This document shows, piece after piece, positions 1-8,741 of a stretch of 39,148 bases of DNA (position 1 is the first letter of the stretch; the number at the start of each line of letters is the position of its first letter). The DNA is taken from assembly GCA_947481755.1 (NCBI GenBank), contig CANKHS010000001.1, forward strand, positions 1-39,148, in the 5' to 3' direction. The notes below the pieces were generated by a model. That model was given only the letters and a program-made list of their open reading frames with translations. It was not told where the DNA came from and searched no databases. The stretch comes from Actinomycetota bacterium (GTDB lineage: Bacteria; Actinomycetota; Thermoleophilia; Gaiellales; F1-60-MAGs149). A program made the translations under genes and the position numbers.

Positions 1-315
1 GAGCCGGTCGGCCTCGTCGACAATGCCGACCCGACGCACAGCCTCTTGCGGCCGATAGCGCAGAGCGCCCGACAACTCATGGATCTGGTCGACCAGCAGC
101 GACTCGCCCTCCGGCTCGATCATGGCCAGGTCGGGATGGCTGCCCGGTACGACTCGTCGGACATCACAGCCGAGTAGCAATGCAGCGAAGGCGCGAGAGG
201 CATCGTGCTTGCCGGTGCCAGGCGGCCCGTGCAAGAGATAGGCGTGCGCGGGCTCGGCGACCGCCGAACGCAAGAGCACCTCGGCGCGAGGCTGCCCGGG
301 GAGCGAGATCGTCAT
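1..315 (-). CDS. holB: DNA polymerase III delta-prime subunit, N-terminal part (runs off the left edge)
   Basis: Reverse translation from the ATG at 315-313 gives MTISLPGQPRAEVLLRSAVAEPAHAYLLHGPPGTGKHDASRAFAALLLGC...HPDLAMIEPEG...VGIVDEADRL. It has a Walker A (GPPGTGK), an HPDL motif and a DEAD-like box typical of clamp-loader delta-prime. Its ATG overlaps the tmk stop (ATGA). Confidence 0.75.
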   Translation of the reverse strand, partial: MTISLPGQPRAEVLLRSAVAEPAHAYLLHGPPGTGKHDASRAFAALLLGCDVRRVVPGSHPDLAMIEPEGESLLVDQIHELSGALRYRPQEAVRRVGIVDEADRL

Positions 316-899
316 GGTCGCACCCCCTCGAGTGCGCTCCAGATCCGCTCGGCAACCTCGGCCTCGGACCCGACCGCATCGACGAGGCGGATACGCGCCG
401 GATCGAGTTCGCCGAGTTGGAGAAAGCCCTGCTCGACGCGCGCGTGGAACTCCTCGCCCGCCGACTCCATCCGGTCGGGCACGGCGTCGCGACGAGCCAC
501 ACCGTGCAGCACGATCGTGCGGGCGGGCAACAGACCCGCCGTGGCGAACAGCGACGCGTCGCGAATAGCCTCGACACCAAGCCCGCGACCAATGCCCTGA
601 TAGACAAGCGAGCTGTCGATGAAGCGATCGCAGACGACCCACGCCCCGCGGGCGAGGGCGGGAGCGATTACCTGCTCCACGATCTCAGCACGCGCAGCGG
701 CAAACAACAGCGCCTCAGCTCGGTCGCTCATCTCTACCTGTGGATCGAGCAAAAGTGCGCGAACACGTTCGCCGAGCTCGGTCCCGCCAGGCTCACGACA
801 CTGCACAACCTCAAGCCCTAACCCGCGCAAACGGTCAGCCAGAAGCGCCACCTGGGTGGACTTGCCGACCCCGTCGGGCCCTTCGAGGCTCACGAACAT
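312..899 (-). CDS. tmk: thymidylate kinase
   Basis: An internal ATG at 899 of ORF 312..1196 gives MFVSLEGPDGVGKSTQVALLADRLRGLGLEVVQCREPGGTELGERVRALLLD, which contains the P-loop and the REPGGT motif of dTMP kinases. The longer ORF start adds only an Arg/Pro-rich artefact. Confidence 0.9.
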   Translation of the reverse strand: MFVSLEGPDGVGKSTQVALLADRLRGLGLEVVQCREPGGTELGERVRALLLDPQVEMSDRAEALLFAAARAEIVEQVIAPALARGAWVVCDRFIDSSLVYQGIGRGLGVEAIRDASLFATAGLLPARTIVLHGVARRDAVPDRMESAGEEFHARVEQGFLQLGELDPARIRLVDAVGSEAEVAERIWSALEGVRP

Positions 900-976
900 G
901 TAACAAGGGTACTGCGACGTCCAAATCGGGGCGTCTCTTGGCAGGAACGCCCACACCCGTGCCGAACCGGTGGTCA

Positions 977-1504
977 ATGGCTGCAGTCGATCATCACTTC
1001 CTTCTTGATACTGGCACGTGGGTTGCCGTCCGACGACGGCGCTTTCTTGAGCGCTTTGCTGTCTGGGGTGTCCTCGCCGGCGTCGCCCTACTCGCCGTCG
1101 GTGCCTTATGGGGCGGCGCGGCACTGGTCGGGTCGCTGACGGGTGCGAAGGGTGGTCCGGCCGAAGCCGCCGTCGAGGTCGTCGTACCTGCACCACCCAT
1201 CACAAAAACGCCTGTGCTTGTCTGGAATGGTCTCGGTGCCGATGGTGTCGCCGCTGAGGCTGCGCGCCAACTGATGATGAAGAAGTACCCCATCGCAGCG
1301 GTCAGTGACGCCCCCGACCACAGCTACATGAAGACCTACGTGATGTACAAAGCCGCCGATCCGGCCGGTAAATCGGCGGCCGGTGCACTGATCAAGAGCC
1401 TCCATCTGCAAGGCGCCGTGGCGCAGCCGCTCGATGGCGTGCGCAAAGATCAGCTCGCTGGTGCGCGGCTGCTGTTGATCGTTGCTGACCCCCTCAGCCA
1501 CTAG
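977..1504 (+). CDS. LytR_C (LytR cell-envelope C-terminal) domain membrane protein
   Basis: Taken from MAAVDHHFLL. It has one TM helix (FAVWGVLAGVALLAVGALWGGAALVG), followed by VLVWNGLGADGVAAEAARQLMMKKYPIAAVSDAP...TYVMYK...LLLIVAD, which fits the LytR_C pattern. The start was chosen as the first ATG beyond the divergent tmk. Confidence 0.65.
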   Translation: MAAVDHHFLLDTGTWVAVRRRRFLERFAVWGVLAGVALLAVGALWGGAALVGSLTGAKGGPAEAAVEVVVPAPPITKTPVLVWNGLGADGVAAEAARQLMMKKYPIAAVSDAPDHSYMKTYVMYKAADPAGKSAAGALIKSLHLQGAVAQPLDGVRKDQLAGARLLLIVADPLSH

Positions 1505-3491
1505 CCCGGCGACTCGATCAGGGCCCCAGCCGGCGACCGCGGCCAAAAAGCCGCCTACTATCGGACTCGTGCAACCGCTCCCTCGCTTTAGTTCGACCGC
1601 CGCTGTGCTGCTCGGCATCCCCGGCGTTGTCCTCGCGGTCTGGGGCATCCTCTTTGCCGCGGGTGGCATTGCGCCAGGGGCCGCCAGCCTGATCGCCGCT
1701 GGCACCACCATTCCCGCTGGCATCGTGCTGGGGCTGATTGCCGTCGGGTGGTGGCCGTTCGTGCTGCCGAGCCGCCCCACGCTCGTTGCTGCCGCTGGCC
1801 TGACGGTTTTCGCACTCGTAGCCGCGCTGTCCAGTCTCTGGTCGCTATCGGCAAACGATTCTGTCGGTACCGGCATCCTCTCGGCCGGATATCTCGGGGC
1901 GCTCGCCCTTGGCGTTCTGTTGGGGCCAGCGCTGCGTCGGCCAGGCGTGGTCTTTGCGACTGGTCTGACAGCGCTCGCCACGCTTGCCAGTGGCTGGGCT
2001 CTCGTCGCGCGCTCCTTCCCGGCTACCACGGGCGTGCAATTGAGCCCGCGTCTTTCGGGCACGCTAACTCTCCCGAATGCGCTCGCCATCCTCGCTCTGA
2101 CCGGTCTCTTCGGTGGCCTTGCGCTGTGTGCACACCGAGACCGTCGCTACCGCGCAGTCGGCGGTGCGATTGCGTCGATCAACATGCTCGCGCTGGTGCT
2201 GACCTCGTCGCGCTCCGGACTTGGTCTGGCTCTGGTCGGGATTATTGCGCTGCAACTCGTGCTGCCCGCGGCACCCCGGATGCGACTGGTTGGACTCCTC
2301 GCGGTCATTCCAGCTGTGGTTTTTGGTTTTAAGATTGCCCTCTGGACCGCCTTCACCGCACCAGAGCAGAGCGTCTTGCCCGCTGGCTGGGGGCTCATCT
2401 ACGCGCTGGTCGGCTCGGCGGTCCTCGGTGCGCTCATCGCTGCAGTTGCCGTCCGTGTGCTGCCCGGTGCCCAACCCGCTGGTGATCGTGGCCATGCGTC
2501 GCGTCGAACGCTGCTGATTGCACTGGGCGGCGTGATCATCTTGGTGATTGGGTTTGTCGTGCGCGCGGGTGGTCCAAGTGGCGCTGTCAGCGCGATTCGG
2601 GCTGGGTTCACTGGCCCGGTTGGACAGGCAGGCGTTCGCGTTGGCATTGGCTCGAATCTCCGCGATCACTGGTGGGCGACGGCGTGGGATGGCTTTCGTG
2701 CTGAGCCGTGGCACGGCTGGGGTGCTGGCACCTTTCGCCTGCTCGAGCAAATTACGCAGAACCCAACGTACGTGACCGATTCGGCGCACAACACGCTGCT
2801 GGAGGCACTCGCTGGAACGGGACTCGCTGGCGGCGTGCCCTTTATCGTCGGTGGTATTGCACTCGTCGTGATGGCGGTTGCCGCTGTCCGCCACCCCCGC
2901 GTTGGTGACGAGGTTGGTGCGACTGTGGTTGCGATCGGAGCGATCGCATTTCTAGCCCAGGGCCTCGTTGACGTTGACTGGAGTCTGCTCGCACAGGGAG
3001 TTCTGGTCTACGCGGCGATCGGTGCGATCGCTCCCGCACCCCACCAACAGTCGCGCATCACGGCACCCACTCGCGCGATTGCGGGTGTCGTCTGTGTCGG
3101 GCTCGTTTTCGCCGGACTCCTCGGGGTGCCAACGTGGCTGAGCGCGCGTGACACCGTCCGCAGTGAGGCGATCCTGATGGACAATCCGCAGGCAGCCTAT
3201 GAGGCAGCAGCGAGCGCCCACCGCTACAACCCCCTCGCCGTTGATGCCCTGATCGCCGAGGCTGATGCGTTGCAAGAACTCGGCGACGCGCAGGGAGCGC
3301 AGGCCGCGTTGCGTCAGGCGATTGCGCTCGAACCAAAGAACTACGAACCGTGGCTCGCCTACGGCACCTACCTCGCGTACGCGTGGGACCAACTCGAGCA
3401 GGGCCGTGCTGCGCTCCAACAGGCGCTCAAGCTGTCCGGCAACGACGGCTCCGTCTATGTAGTCGTCGACACATTGCCGCCCGCAAAATGA
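1482..3491 (+). CDS. O-antigen ligase-like (Wzy_C) polytopic membrane protein with C-terminal TPR repeats
   Basis: At least 10 hydrophobic helices. Wzy_C-like block LTSSRSGLGLALVGIIALQ ... HGWGAGTFRLLEQ ... DSAHNTLLEALAGTGLAGG. TPR-like C-terminus (AEADALQELGDAQGAQAALRQAIALEPKNYEPWLAYGTYLAY). The start is uncertain: TTG at 1482 or GTG at 1569. Confidence 0.7.
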   Translation: MLTPSATSPATRSGPQPATAAKKPPTIGLVQPLPRFSSTAAVLLGIPGVVLAVWGILFAAGGIAPGAASLIAAGTTIPAGIVLGLIAVGWWPFVLPSRPTLVAAAGLTVFALVAALSSLWSLSANDSVGTGILSAGYLGALALGVLLGPALRRPGVVFATGLTALATLASGWALVARSFPATTGVQLSPRLSGTLTLPNALAILALTGLFGGLALCAHRDRRYRAVGGAIASINMLALVLTSSRSGLGLALVGIIALQLVLPAAPRMRLVGLLAVIPAVVFGFKIALWTAFTAPEQSVLPAGWGLIYALVGSAVLGALIAAVAVRVLPGAQPAGDRGHASRRTLLIALGGVIILVIGFVVRAGGPSGAVSAIRAGFTGPVGQAGVRVGIGSNLRDHWWATAWDGFRAEPWHGWGAGTFRLLEQITQNPTYVTDSAHNTLLEALAGTGLAGGVPFIVGGIALVVMAVAAVRHPRVGDEVGATVVAIGAIAFLAQGLVDVDWSLLAQGVLVYAAIGAIAPAPHQQSRITAPTRAIAGVVCVGLVFAGLLGVPTWLSARDTVRSEAILMDNPQAAYEAAASAHRYNPLAVDALIAEADALQELGDAQGAQAALRQAIALEPKNYEPWLAYGTYLAYAWDQLEQGRAALQQALKLSGNDGSVYVVVDTLPPAK

Positions 3492-4096
3492 GTGTCGCAC
3501 CCATCAGCCACGAACGCCCATTAGAGTTGGTGGTCGTGTCCTCCCGGCATACCTCCATCCGTCTGCTCGTCCTGACCGCACTGATGTTCGGTACGTTCCT
3601 GCTCGCCGTGCCTTCGGCAGGTGCGGCAAATTGCGGTAAGAGCCTGATCAACGAGTACTTCTTTACGGGTCGGCTCAAGTACCACACAGAGGAGTGCTAT
3701 GCCTCCGCGCTCAAGCAGATCGACCCTGATGCGCGAATGTATTCCGGGATCATGGGTGCGATCCGCGCCGCCCGCGCGCGTGACAAAGCAGCGGATGCAA
3801 AGGCTGCTGCCCCCGTGATCGAGCCGGATACCACGGATACGACAGCGCCCCCCGTTGACACGCTGCCGATTCCCGATGCCGTGCCGCCGACGTTGACGAC
3901 GGACACGGGCACCGTCACCGCCGAATCGCGCGCAGGAACTGTTGTGCCCATCCAGACGACACAGGCAGCACTCCCGACGGTGACGACTCCCAGTCAGGTA
4001 CCACTGGCAGTGATTCTGCTCGCCGGTCTTGCCGTCGTGTTGACGCTGGTCGGGCTCGGTGGCCTGACCGTGCGCTGGCTCGACCGTAGCGCCTGA
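3488..4096 (+). CDS. hypothetical exported protein (signal/TM helix, small Cys-containing domain, Pro/Thr linker, C-terminal TM anchor)
   Basis: The ATG at 3488 overlaps the upstream stop (ATGA). The protein has an N-terminal hydrophobic segment ending AGAAN, a PT-rich linker, and a C-terminal helix LAVILLAGLAVVLTLVGLGGL. I recognise no family. Confidence 0.5.
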   Translation: MSVAPISHERPLELVVVSSRHTSIRLLVLTALMFGTFLLAVPSAGAANCGKSLINEYFFTGRLKYHTEECYASALKQIDPDARMYSGIMGAIRAARARDKAADAKAAAPVIEPDTTDTTAPPVDTLPIPDAVPPTLTTDTGTVTAESRAGTVVPIQTTQAALPTVTTPSQVPLAVILLAGLAVVLTLVGLGGLTVRWLDRSA

Positions 4097-4178
4097 GCGA
4101 CGCCTCCAGGGATAGCCCCCTTTCGGATCGACTCCTGGGCGTCTACTGTCCATAGCTCCCACGACAGAGGATTTCACA

Positions 4179-4499
4179 ATGCTGATTTCGACGATGAATG
4201 ATCTACCCGGCTACCGGATCGATGAGGTAATCGGCGAGGTGTTCGGACTTACGGTTCGTTCGCGCGGTATGAAGGGGCAGGTCGGGGCCAGCCTTAAATC
4301 TGTCTTCGGCGGCGAGCTCGGCAGCCTTACCACGATGCTGCACGAAGGCCGGCAGGAAGGCATTCAGCGTCTCGTCGAAGAGGCCGAATCGAAGGGCGCC
4401 AATGCGATCATCGCGATGCGCTTCGATACCTCCGAAATGATGAACATGGGCACGGAAATCTGCGCCTACGGCACCGCCTGCAAAGTGACCAAGCTCTAA
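4179..4499 (+). CDS. ybjQ: YbjQ/UPF0145 family protein
   Basis: The 106-aa protein MLISTMNDLPGYRIDEVIGEVFGLTVRSR...GANAIIAMRFDTSEM...EICAYGTA matches the YbjQ_1 family end to end. An AGAGGA Shine-Dalgarno sequence lies upstream. Confidence 0.85.
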   Translation: MLISTMNDLPGYRIDEVIGEVFGLTVRSRGMKGQVGASLKSVFGGELGSLTTMLHEGRQEGIQRLVEEAESKGANAIIAMRFDTSEMMNMGTEICAYGTACKVTKL

Positions 4500-4518
4500 G
4501 CCGCGCCCGTGGCGTCGC

Positions 4519-5721
4519 TCAAGCGCGCTTGAACACGAGGGCAGCATCATGCCCACCGAATCCGAAGCCCGTTGACATCACGTAGTCGGGAGTCGCTGGG
4601 CGCGCCTCGCGAATGAGGTCGAGTTCGACGTCGGCTTCGACGAGGTTGGCGCACGGTGGCAGCTGATTGCGGGCAAAACAGGCCAGGGTCGCGATCGCCT
4701 CGATTGCGCCGGCAGCGCCAATCGTGTGTCCGTGCTGGCCCTTCGTCGAGGAGACGGGTGTCTGCCCGAGCCCGGCGCGCTGCAGTGCGCGCGCCTCGGC
4801 GGTATCGCCAACCGGCGTCGAGGTGGCGTGGGCATTGACGTAGCCAATCGCCGCTGCCGTCAGGCTCGCGTCGTCAAGGGCAGCCTGCACCGCTCGGGCA
4901 GGGCCCTCACCCGTTTCGTCGGGGCTTGTCAGGTGCCCTGCGTCGCAGGACTGGCCGTAGCCGACGACCTCGCCGTAAATGTGCGCACCGCGTGCCACTG
5001 CGTGCTCCCACTCCTCGAGTACGAGCACTCCGGCCCCCTCGGCCATCACAAACCCATCACGGGCAGCGTCGAAGGGCCGCGAGGCCGCGGCTGCACCATG
5101 CGCGAGGGACGCGATCGCGCCAAGGCGGATGTACCCCGCCAGCACAGACGGCACGATCGCAGCCTCCGCACCGCCGGCCACCATCGCATCGGCACGGCCA
5201 TCGCGAACTCGTTCGTAGGCCCAGCCGATTGCGTCGGAGCCGGCCGCGCACGCCGTCGCAGGCGCTGCCGATGGGCCCTTGAGGTTATGCAGCCGCGCCG
5301 TTCCTGCCACCGGCGAATTGACGAGGCCGAGCGGAATCGCAAACGGGCTGACACGATCGAGTCCGCGTTCGAGCAGTGTTCGCTGCGTCTCTTCAACCGT
5401 GCCGGCACCGCCGTGGGCGCAACCGATCGCCGTCCCGATGCGTTCTGGTGCGACGCCGTGCTGCCCGGCGTCGGCCAGCGCATGCGCCGCGGCAACCGCT
5501 GCAAAGATCCCGACTCGATCCATTCGGCGAGCCTCGCGCTTGCCAATCACGGTGTCCACATCGAAGTCTGCAACCCGCACGCCCGGCAGAACCGGCAGGC
5601 CCTCAAGGGCCACTTCTGAGCCGCCAGTCTGGCCCGCCAAGATCGCGTCCCAGAACGCGTCGACAGTGTTGCCAAACGTCGAGACGATGCCCAAACCGGT
5701 GATTGCCACGCGTCGCTGCAT
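4519..5721 (-). CDS. fabF: beta-ketoacyl-ACP synthase II (KAS II-like)
   Basis: N-terminus MQRRVAITGLGIVSTFGN; active-site Cys context ATACAAGSDAIG; His motifs NAHATSTPVGD and GHTIGAAG; C-terminus FGFGGHDAALVF. Confidence 0.9.
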   Translation of the reverse strand: MQRRVAITGLGIVSTFGNTVDAFWDAILAGQTGGSEVALEGLPVLPGVRVADFDVDTVIGKREARRMDRVGIFAAVAAAHALADAGQHGVAPERIGTAIGCAHGGAGTVEETQRTLLERGLDRVSPFAIPLGLVNSPVAGTARLHNLKGPSAAPATACAAGSDAIGWAYERVRDGRADAMVAGGAEAAIVPSVLAGYIRLGAIASLAHGAAAASRPFDAARDGFVMAEGAGVLVLEEWEHAVARGAHIYGEVVGYGQSCDAGHLTSPDETGEGPARAVQAALDDASLTAAAIGYVNAHATSTPVGDTAEARALQRAGLGQTPVSSTKGQHGHTIGAAGAIEAIATLACFARNQLPPCANLVEADVELDLIREARPATPDYVMSTGFGFGGHDAALVFKRA

Positions 5722-5825
5722 AGAGGCAGTGTGCCGGACGCCATCAACAGACGTGCCTGCGCCGCGTTTCTCAGCGAATTTTCATCTCCGTGCGGAAGGC
5801 TGTAATTGCACAAAGGAGCCCAAAT

Positions 5826-6617
5826 ATGCGTTACAGCAAGAAGACCATGATCATCGGTACTGTCGCCGCGAGCGTTGGCCTGGCCGCGATTGCCGGCCCC
5901 GTACTCGCCGCTAACATCGTCTCGCACGACGACCGGCAGGCGCAGGAACAGCAGGCGTTTGAGAAGAGCCTCGCCGAGAAGCTGGGCGTCCCGCAGGCCA
6001 AGGTCGATCAGGCGCTCAAGGAGATTCAAGGCGACCGCCTAGGCAAGCGCATCGATGAGTTGCAGCAGGCTGGCGTACTGACTGCCGCGCAGGCAACGTC
6101 GATCAAAACGCACATTGCCGACGGCAGACTGTCCGAGGCGATGAATGCCCTGATGGCAGCAATGACGACCAAGCGACTTGACGCACTGGTCGCTGCCAAG
6201 ACGATTACACCCGAGCAGTCGACGCAGATTTCCGCGCTCGTGGCTGCCGGTGTCCCCCTCCGTGTTGGCCGCCCACCGGCCGGAGTGCCTCAGGGGCAAA
6301 CTCCCCCCGACGCCGATCGCCACGCTGCCCATACGGCAGAGGAGCTCGCCGCGCTGGTCAAGGATCAAAAGATCACCCAGGAGCAGGCCGATCAGGTCAC
6401 CACCTTGATCAAGGCTGGCGCACCGATCGAGCTTGGTGGTCCAGGTCGCCACGGCGGCGACGGCCCCGGCATGGGCCATCACCCTCGTGGCATGGAGGGC
6501 GGTGGCACCTTCGGTGGGCCACCACCTGCTGATGGCGGCCTTGACGGCCCGCCGCCAGGCGACGGTAACCAGCCGCAGAGTTTCGACGGCCCGGCAGTCG
6601 GCAACGCCCCGGCCTAG
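5826..6617 (+). CDS. secreted repeat protein with LTXXQ-like motifs and a Gly/Pro/His/Met-rich tail (possible CpxP/Spy/ZraP-like accessory protein)
   Basis: AAAGGAG Shine-Dalgarno sequence before the ATG at 5826. Signal peptide MRYSKKTMIIGTVAASVGLAAIAGPVLA. Three related helical repeats: GVLTAAQATSIKTHIADG, KTITPEQSTQISALVAAGVPL and QKITQEQADQVTTLIKAGAPI. The tail reads GPGMGHHPRGMEGGG... Confidence 0.6.
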   Translation: MRYSKKTMIIGTVAASVGLAAIAGPVLAANIVSHDDRQAQEQQAFEKSLAEKLGVPQAKVDQALKEIQGDRLGKRIDELQQAGVLTAAQATSIKTHIADGRLSEAMNALMAAMTTKRLDALVAAKTITPEQSTQISALVAAGVPLRVGRPPAGVPQGQTPPDADRHAAHTAEELAALVKDQKITQEQADQVTTLIKAGAPIELGGPGRHGGDGPGMGHHPRGMEGGGTFGGPPPADGGLDGPPPGDGNQPQSFDGPAVGNAPA

Positions 6618-6628
6618 TCGCAGCGGGT

Positions 6629-6657
6629 GGCTCCGCACGGCATACTCGTGCGGAGCC
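6629..6657 (+). terminator. strong hairpin between the accessory-protein gene and the response-regulator gene (terminator or attenuator candidate)
   Basis: Perfect 11-bp inverted repeat ggctccgcacg / cgtgcggagcc with the 7-nt loop gcatact, starting 12 nt after the stop at 6617. The following tract (attcc) is only weakly U-rich. Confidence 0.4.
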
Positions 6658-6677
6658 ATTCCACTGATTCGAGCACT

Positions 6678-7358
6678 ATGCGCATTCTGATTGTCGAAGA
6701 CAACGAGGCCGTCCGTTCGGCCATCCGCCGTGCCCTGACAGCGCGTGGGCACGAGATTATTGAGGCCAGTACAGCCGCTGAGGGTCGGATGGGAGCGACC
6801 GACGATATTGAGGCGATCGTCTTAGACGTCAATCTGCCCGATGGCTCGGGTTTTGATGTCTGCCGCACGCTTCGGGAGACCGGAGTGCAGACGCCGATCT
6901 TGATGCTGACGGCGCGCGATGCGGTTGCCGATCGTGTCGAGGGCCTCGACGCTGGTGCCGACGACTACCTCGTCAAGCCCTTTGCAACGGTCGAGCTCGA
7001 TGCTCGCCTTCGTGCAATTTGCCGGCGTTCACTCGCCGACCCGGGCCAGCCCGACGACGTCTTGGAGGTGGCGGGTACGCGTCTCGATCTTCGTTCCCAC
7101 ACGGTCACTCGTAATGGCACATTGGTTGACCTCACCCGCACCGAGCGGCTCCTCCTCGAACTGTTCCTGCGCAACCCCGACAACGTCCTGACCCGCGAGG
7201 TAATCCTCGATCGCGTGTGGGGCATGGATGCGCGCACGTCGTCGAATGGCGTAGAGGTCTACGTTGGCTATCTCCGCCGCAAGCTCGGTGACACGGGTTC
7301 GGAGCGGCTGATCGACACGGTGCGCGGCGTCGGCTACGTGCTGCGGACGACAACGTGA
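6678..7358 (+). CDS. OmpR-family response regulator
   Basis: MRILIVEDNEAVRSAIRRAL...VLDVNLPDGSGFDV...LMLTAR...DDYLVKPF (receiver domain), plus the winged-helix output LTRTERLLLELFLRNPDNVLTREVILDRVWG...VEVYVGYLRRKL...IDTVRGVGYVL. Confidence 0.9.
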   Translation: MRILIVEDNEAVRSAIRRALTARGHEIIEASTAAEGRMGATDDIEAIVLDVNLPDGSGFDVCRTLRETGVQTPILMLTARDAVADRVEGLDAGADDYLVKPFATVELDARLRAICRRSLADPGQPDDVLEVAGTRLDLRSHTVTRNGTLVDLTRTERLLLELFLRNPDNVLTREVILDRVWGMDARTSSNGVEVYVGYLRRKLGDTGSERLIDTVRGVGYVLRTTT

Positions 7359-8689
7359 GCCTCCGTACCCGCATCGCTCTCGCCGCGGCTATTGCCGTCA
7401 TCGTCGCCTTTGGTGTTGGTGGCTTCGTCACGTACCAAGCCGCTCAGCGCTCGCTCTATGGCGAGGTCGACGCGTCGCTCCGTGCCGCAGCTCTTCGCGA
7501 AGGCCATGCTGCCCTCAACCCCGACGGCGGCAATGCTGGGCGGGGCTTTGGGGGTAATGCCAACGGTCGCTTCGGCGCCCCGGGGATCTTTACCGAGCTG
7601 ATCAACGGGAAGGGCGAAATTGTGCGCCTGCCTCGGGACGAAACACCGCTTCCTCCTTCCAAGAACGCCGCTGCCATTGCCTCGTCAGGTGGCTCCGAGT
7701 ATCAGACCTTCAGCGTCGATAACTCAATGATTCGCTCGCTGACTGTCAACCTGGAGCCAGATCTTGCGCTGCAGGTTGCTCGCTCTGTCGACGAGATCGA
7801 AACGTCGCTTGACCGCCTCCGCAGCCTGTTGCTGATCGCCGGCATTGGTGGTGTCATCTTCGCGATCATCCTCGGTGCGCTGGTTGCCGAACGGGGTCTC
7901 GTGCCTCTGCGCCGTCTCGCCAAGAATGTCGAGGGCGCGGCCCGCGATCGCGACCTCTCCCATCGCGTACCCGAGCAGGGGGGTGCCGAGTCGGTTCGTC
8001 TCGCCCATGCCGTCAATGCCTTGCTGGCTGGTCTTGAGGAGGCACGCCTCGCGCAAGACCAACTCGTGGCTGATGCCGCGCACGAGTTGCGGACGCCGTT
8101 GACCGCGCTGCGAACTGACGTCGAGACGCTGGGTGATCCCAACAGCTCCCTCACTGACGCCGATCGTCAACAGATTGCTCTCGCCCTCGACCGCGAGATC
8201 GATGAGATCTCGCAGATGATCACGAGCATCGTCGACCTCGCGCGCGGGGCCCGGCCGGTCGAGCAGTCCGAGTCGCTCCTGCTCGACGACCTTGCCGCCG
8301 ACGTCGTGGCCCGCGCGCGCTCCCGTCACCCCGAGGCCCTGATCGAACTGGACAGTGAGCCGGCACCGTTTGTTGGTGACCCGACCCGACTCGAGCGGGC
8401 ACTTGGCAACCTGGTCGAGAACGCCCTCTTGCATGGAGCGGCGCCGGTCACGGTCACTGTCCGCTCGGGGGTGATCACCGTTGACGACGCAGGTCCAGGT
8501 ATCCCCGCCGCTGAGCGCGACGCAATGTTCGAGCGCTTTCGCCGCGGCGTCGGCGTTCAGGACCGACCAGGCTCTGGCCTTGGCCTAGCGATCGTGCGTC
8601 AAGACATCGTTGCCCACGGTGGAAGCGTTGAGATTGGATCGGCACCGTCCGGAGGCTGTCGGATCACGATTCTCCTACCTTATAACTAA
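7355..8689 (+). CDS. sensor histidine kinase (2 TM, extracytoplasmic loop, HAMP, HisKA, HATPase_c)
   Basis: GTGA overlap with the regulator stop. H-box ADAAHELRTPLTAL, N-box LGNLVENALLHG, G-boxes DDAGPGIP and GSGLGLAIV. Confidence 0.9.
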   Translation: MSLRTRIALAAAIAVIVAFGVGGFVTYQAAQRSLYGEVDASLRAAALREGHAALNPDGGNAGRGFGGNANGRFGAPGIFTELINGKGEIVRLPRDETPLPPSKNAAAIASSGGSEYQTFSVDNSMIRSLTVNLEPDLALQVARSVDEIETSLDRLRSLLLIAGIGGVIFAIILGALVAERGLVPLRRLAKNVEGAARDRDLSHRVPEQGGAESVRLAHAVNALLAGLEEARLAQDQLVADAAHELRTPLTALRTDVETLGDPNSSLTDADRQQIALALDREIDEISQMITSIVDLARGARPVEQSESLLLDDLAADVVARARSRHPEALIELDSEPAPFVGDPTRLERALGNLVENALLHGAAPVTVTVRSGVITVDDAGPGIPAAERDAMFERFRRGVGVQDRPGSGLGLAIVRQDIVAHGGSVEIGSAPSGGCRITILLPYN

Positions 8690-8711
8690 TCGTTATTTGC
8701 GATATAAGCAC

Positions 8712-8739
8712 GCGTAGGTTCAAAGTTGGTATCCTACGC
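8712..8739. promoter_or_regulatory. inverted repeat abutting the comA-like start codon, inside an AT-rich spacer
   Basis: gcgtagg (8712-8718) and cctacgc (8733-8739) form a 7-bp stem with a 14-nt loop that ends 2 nt before the ATG at 8742. The spacer 8690-8741 is conspicuously AT-rich for this window. Confidence 0.3.
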
Positions 8740-8741
8740 AC

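Noticed and set aside
1106-2089. Long antisense or alternative-frame ORFs throughout the window, e.g. 1106..2089(-), 2064..2894(-), 8664..9392(-), 9406..10194(-), 9866..10606(-), 23455..24417(-), 34016..34852(-), 37322..38173(+) and 38403..39077(-).
   Set aside because: They overlap genes with clear family motifs on the other strand or in another frame. Their translations are Arg/Pro/Gly/Ala-rich with no recognisable motifs, which is the expected artefact of stop-poor alternative frames in GC-rich DNA.
4519-5721. The orphan fabF as a marker of a polyketide or lipid biosynthetic cluster.
   Set aside because: No acyl carrier protein, ketoreductase, dehydratase, acyltransferase or thioesterase gene flanks it. 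Its neighbours are ybjQ (convergent) and the two-component module (divergent). A lone KAS II paralog is not sufficient evidence for a cluster.
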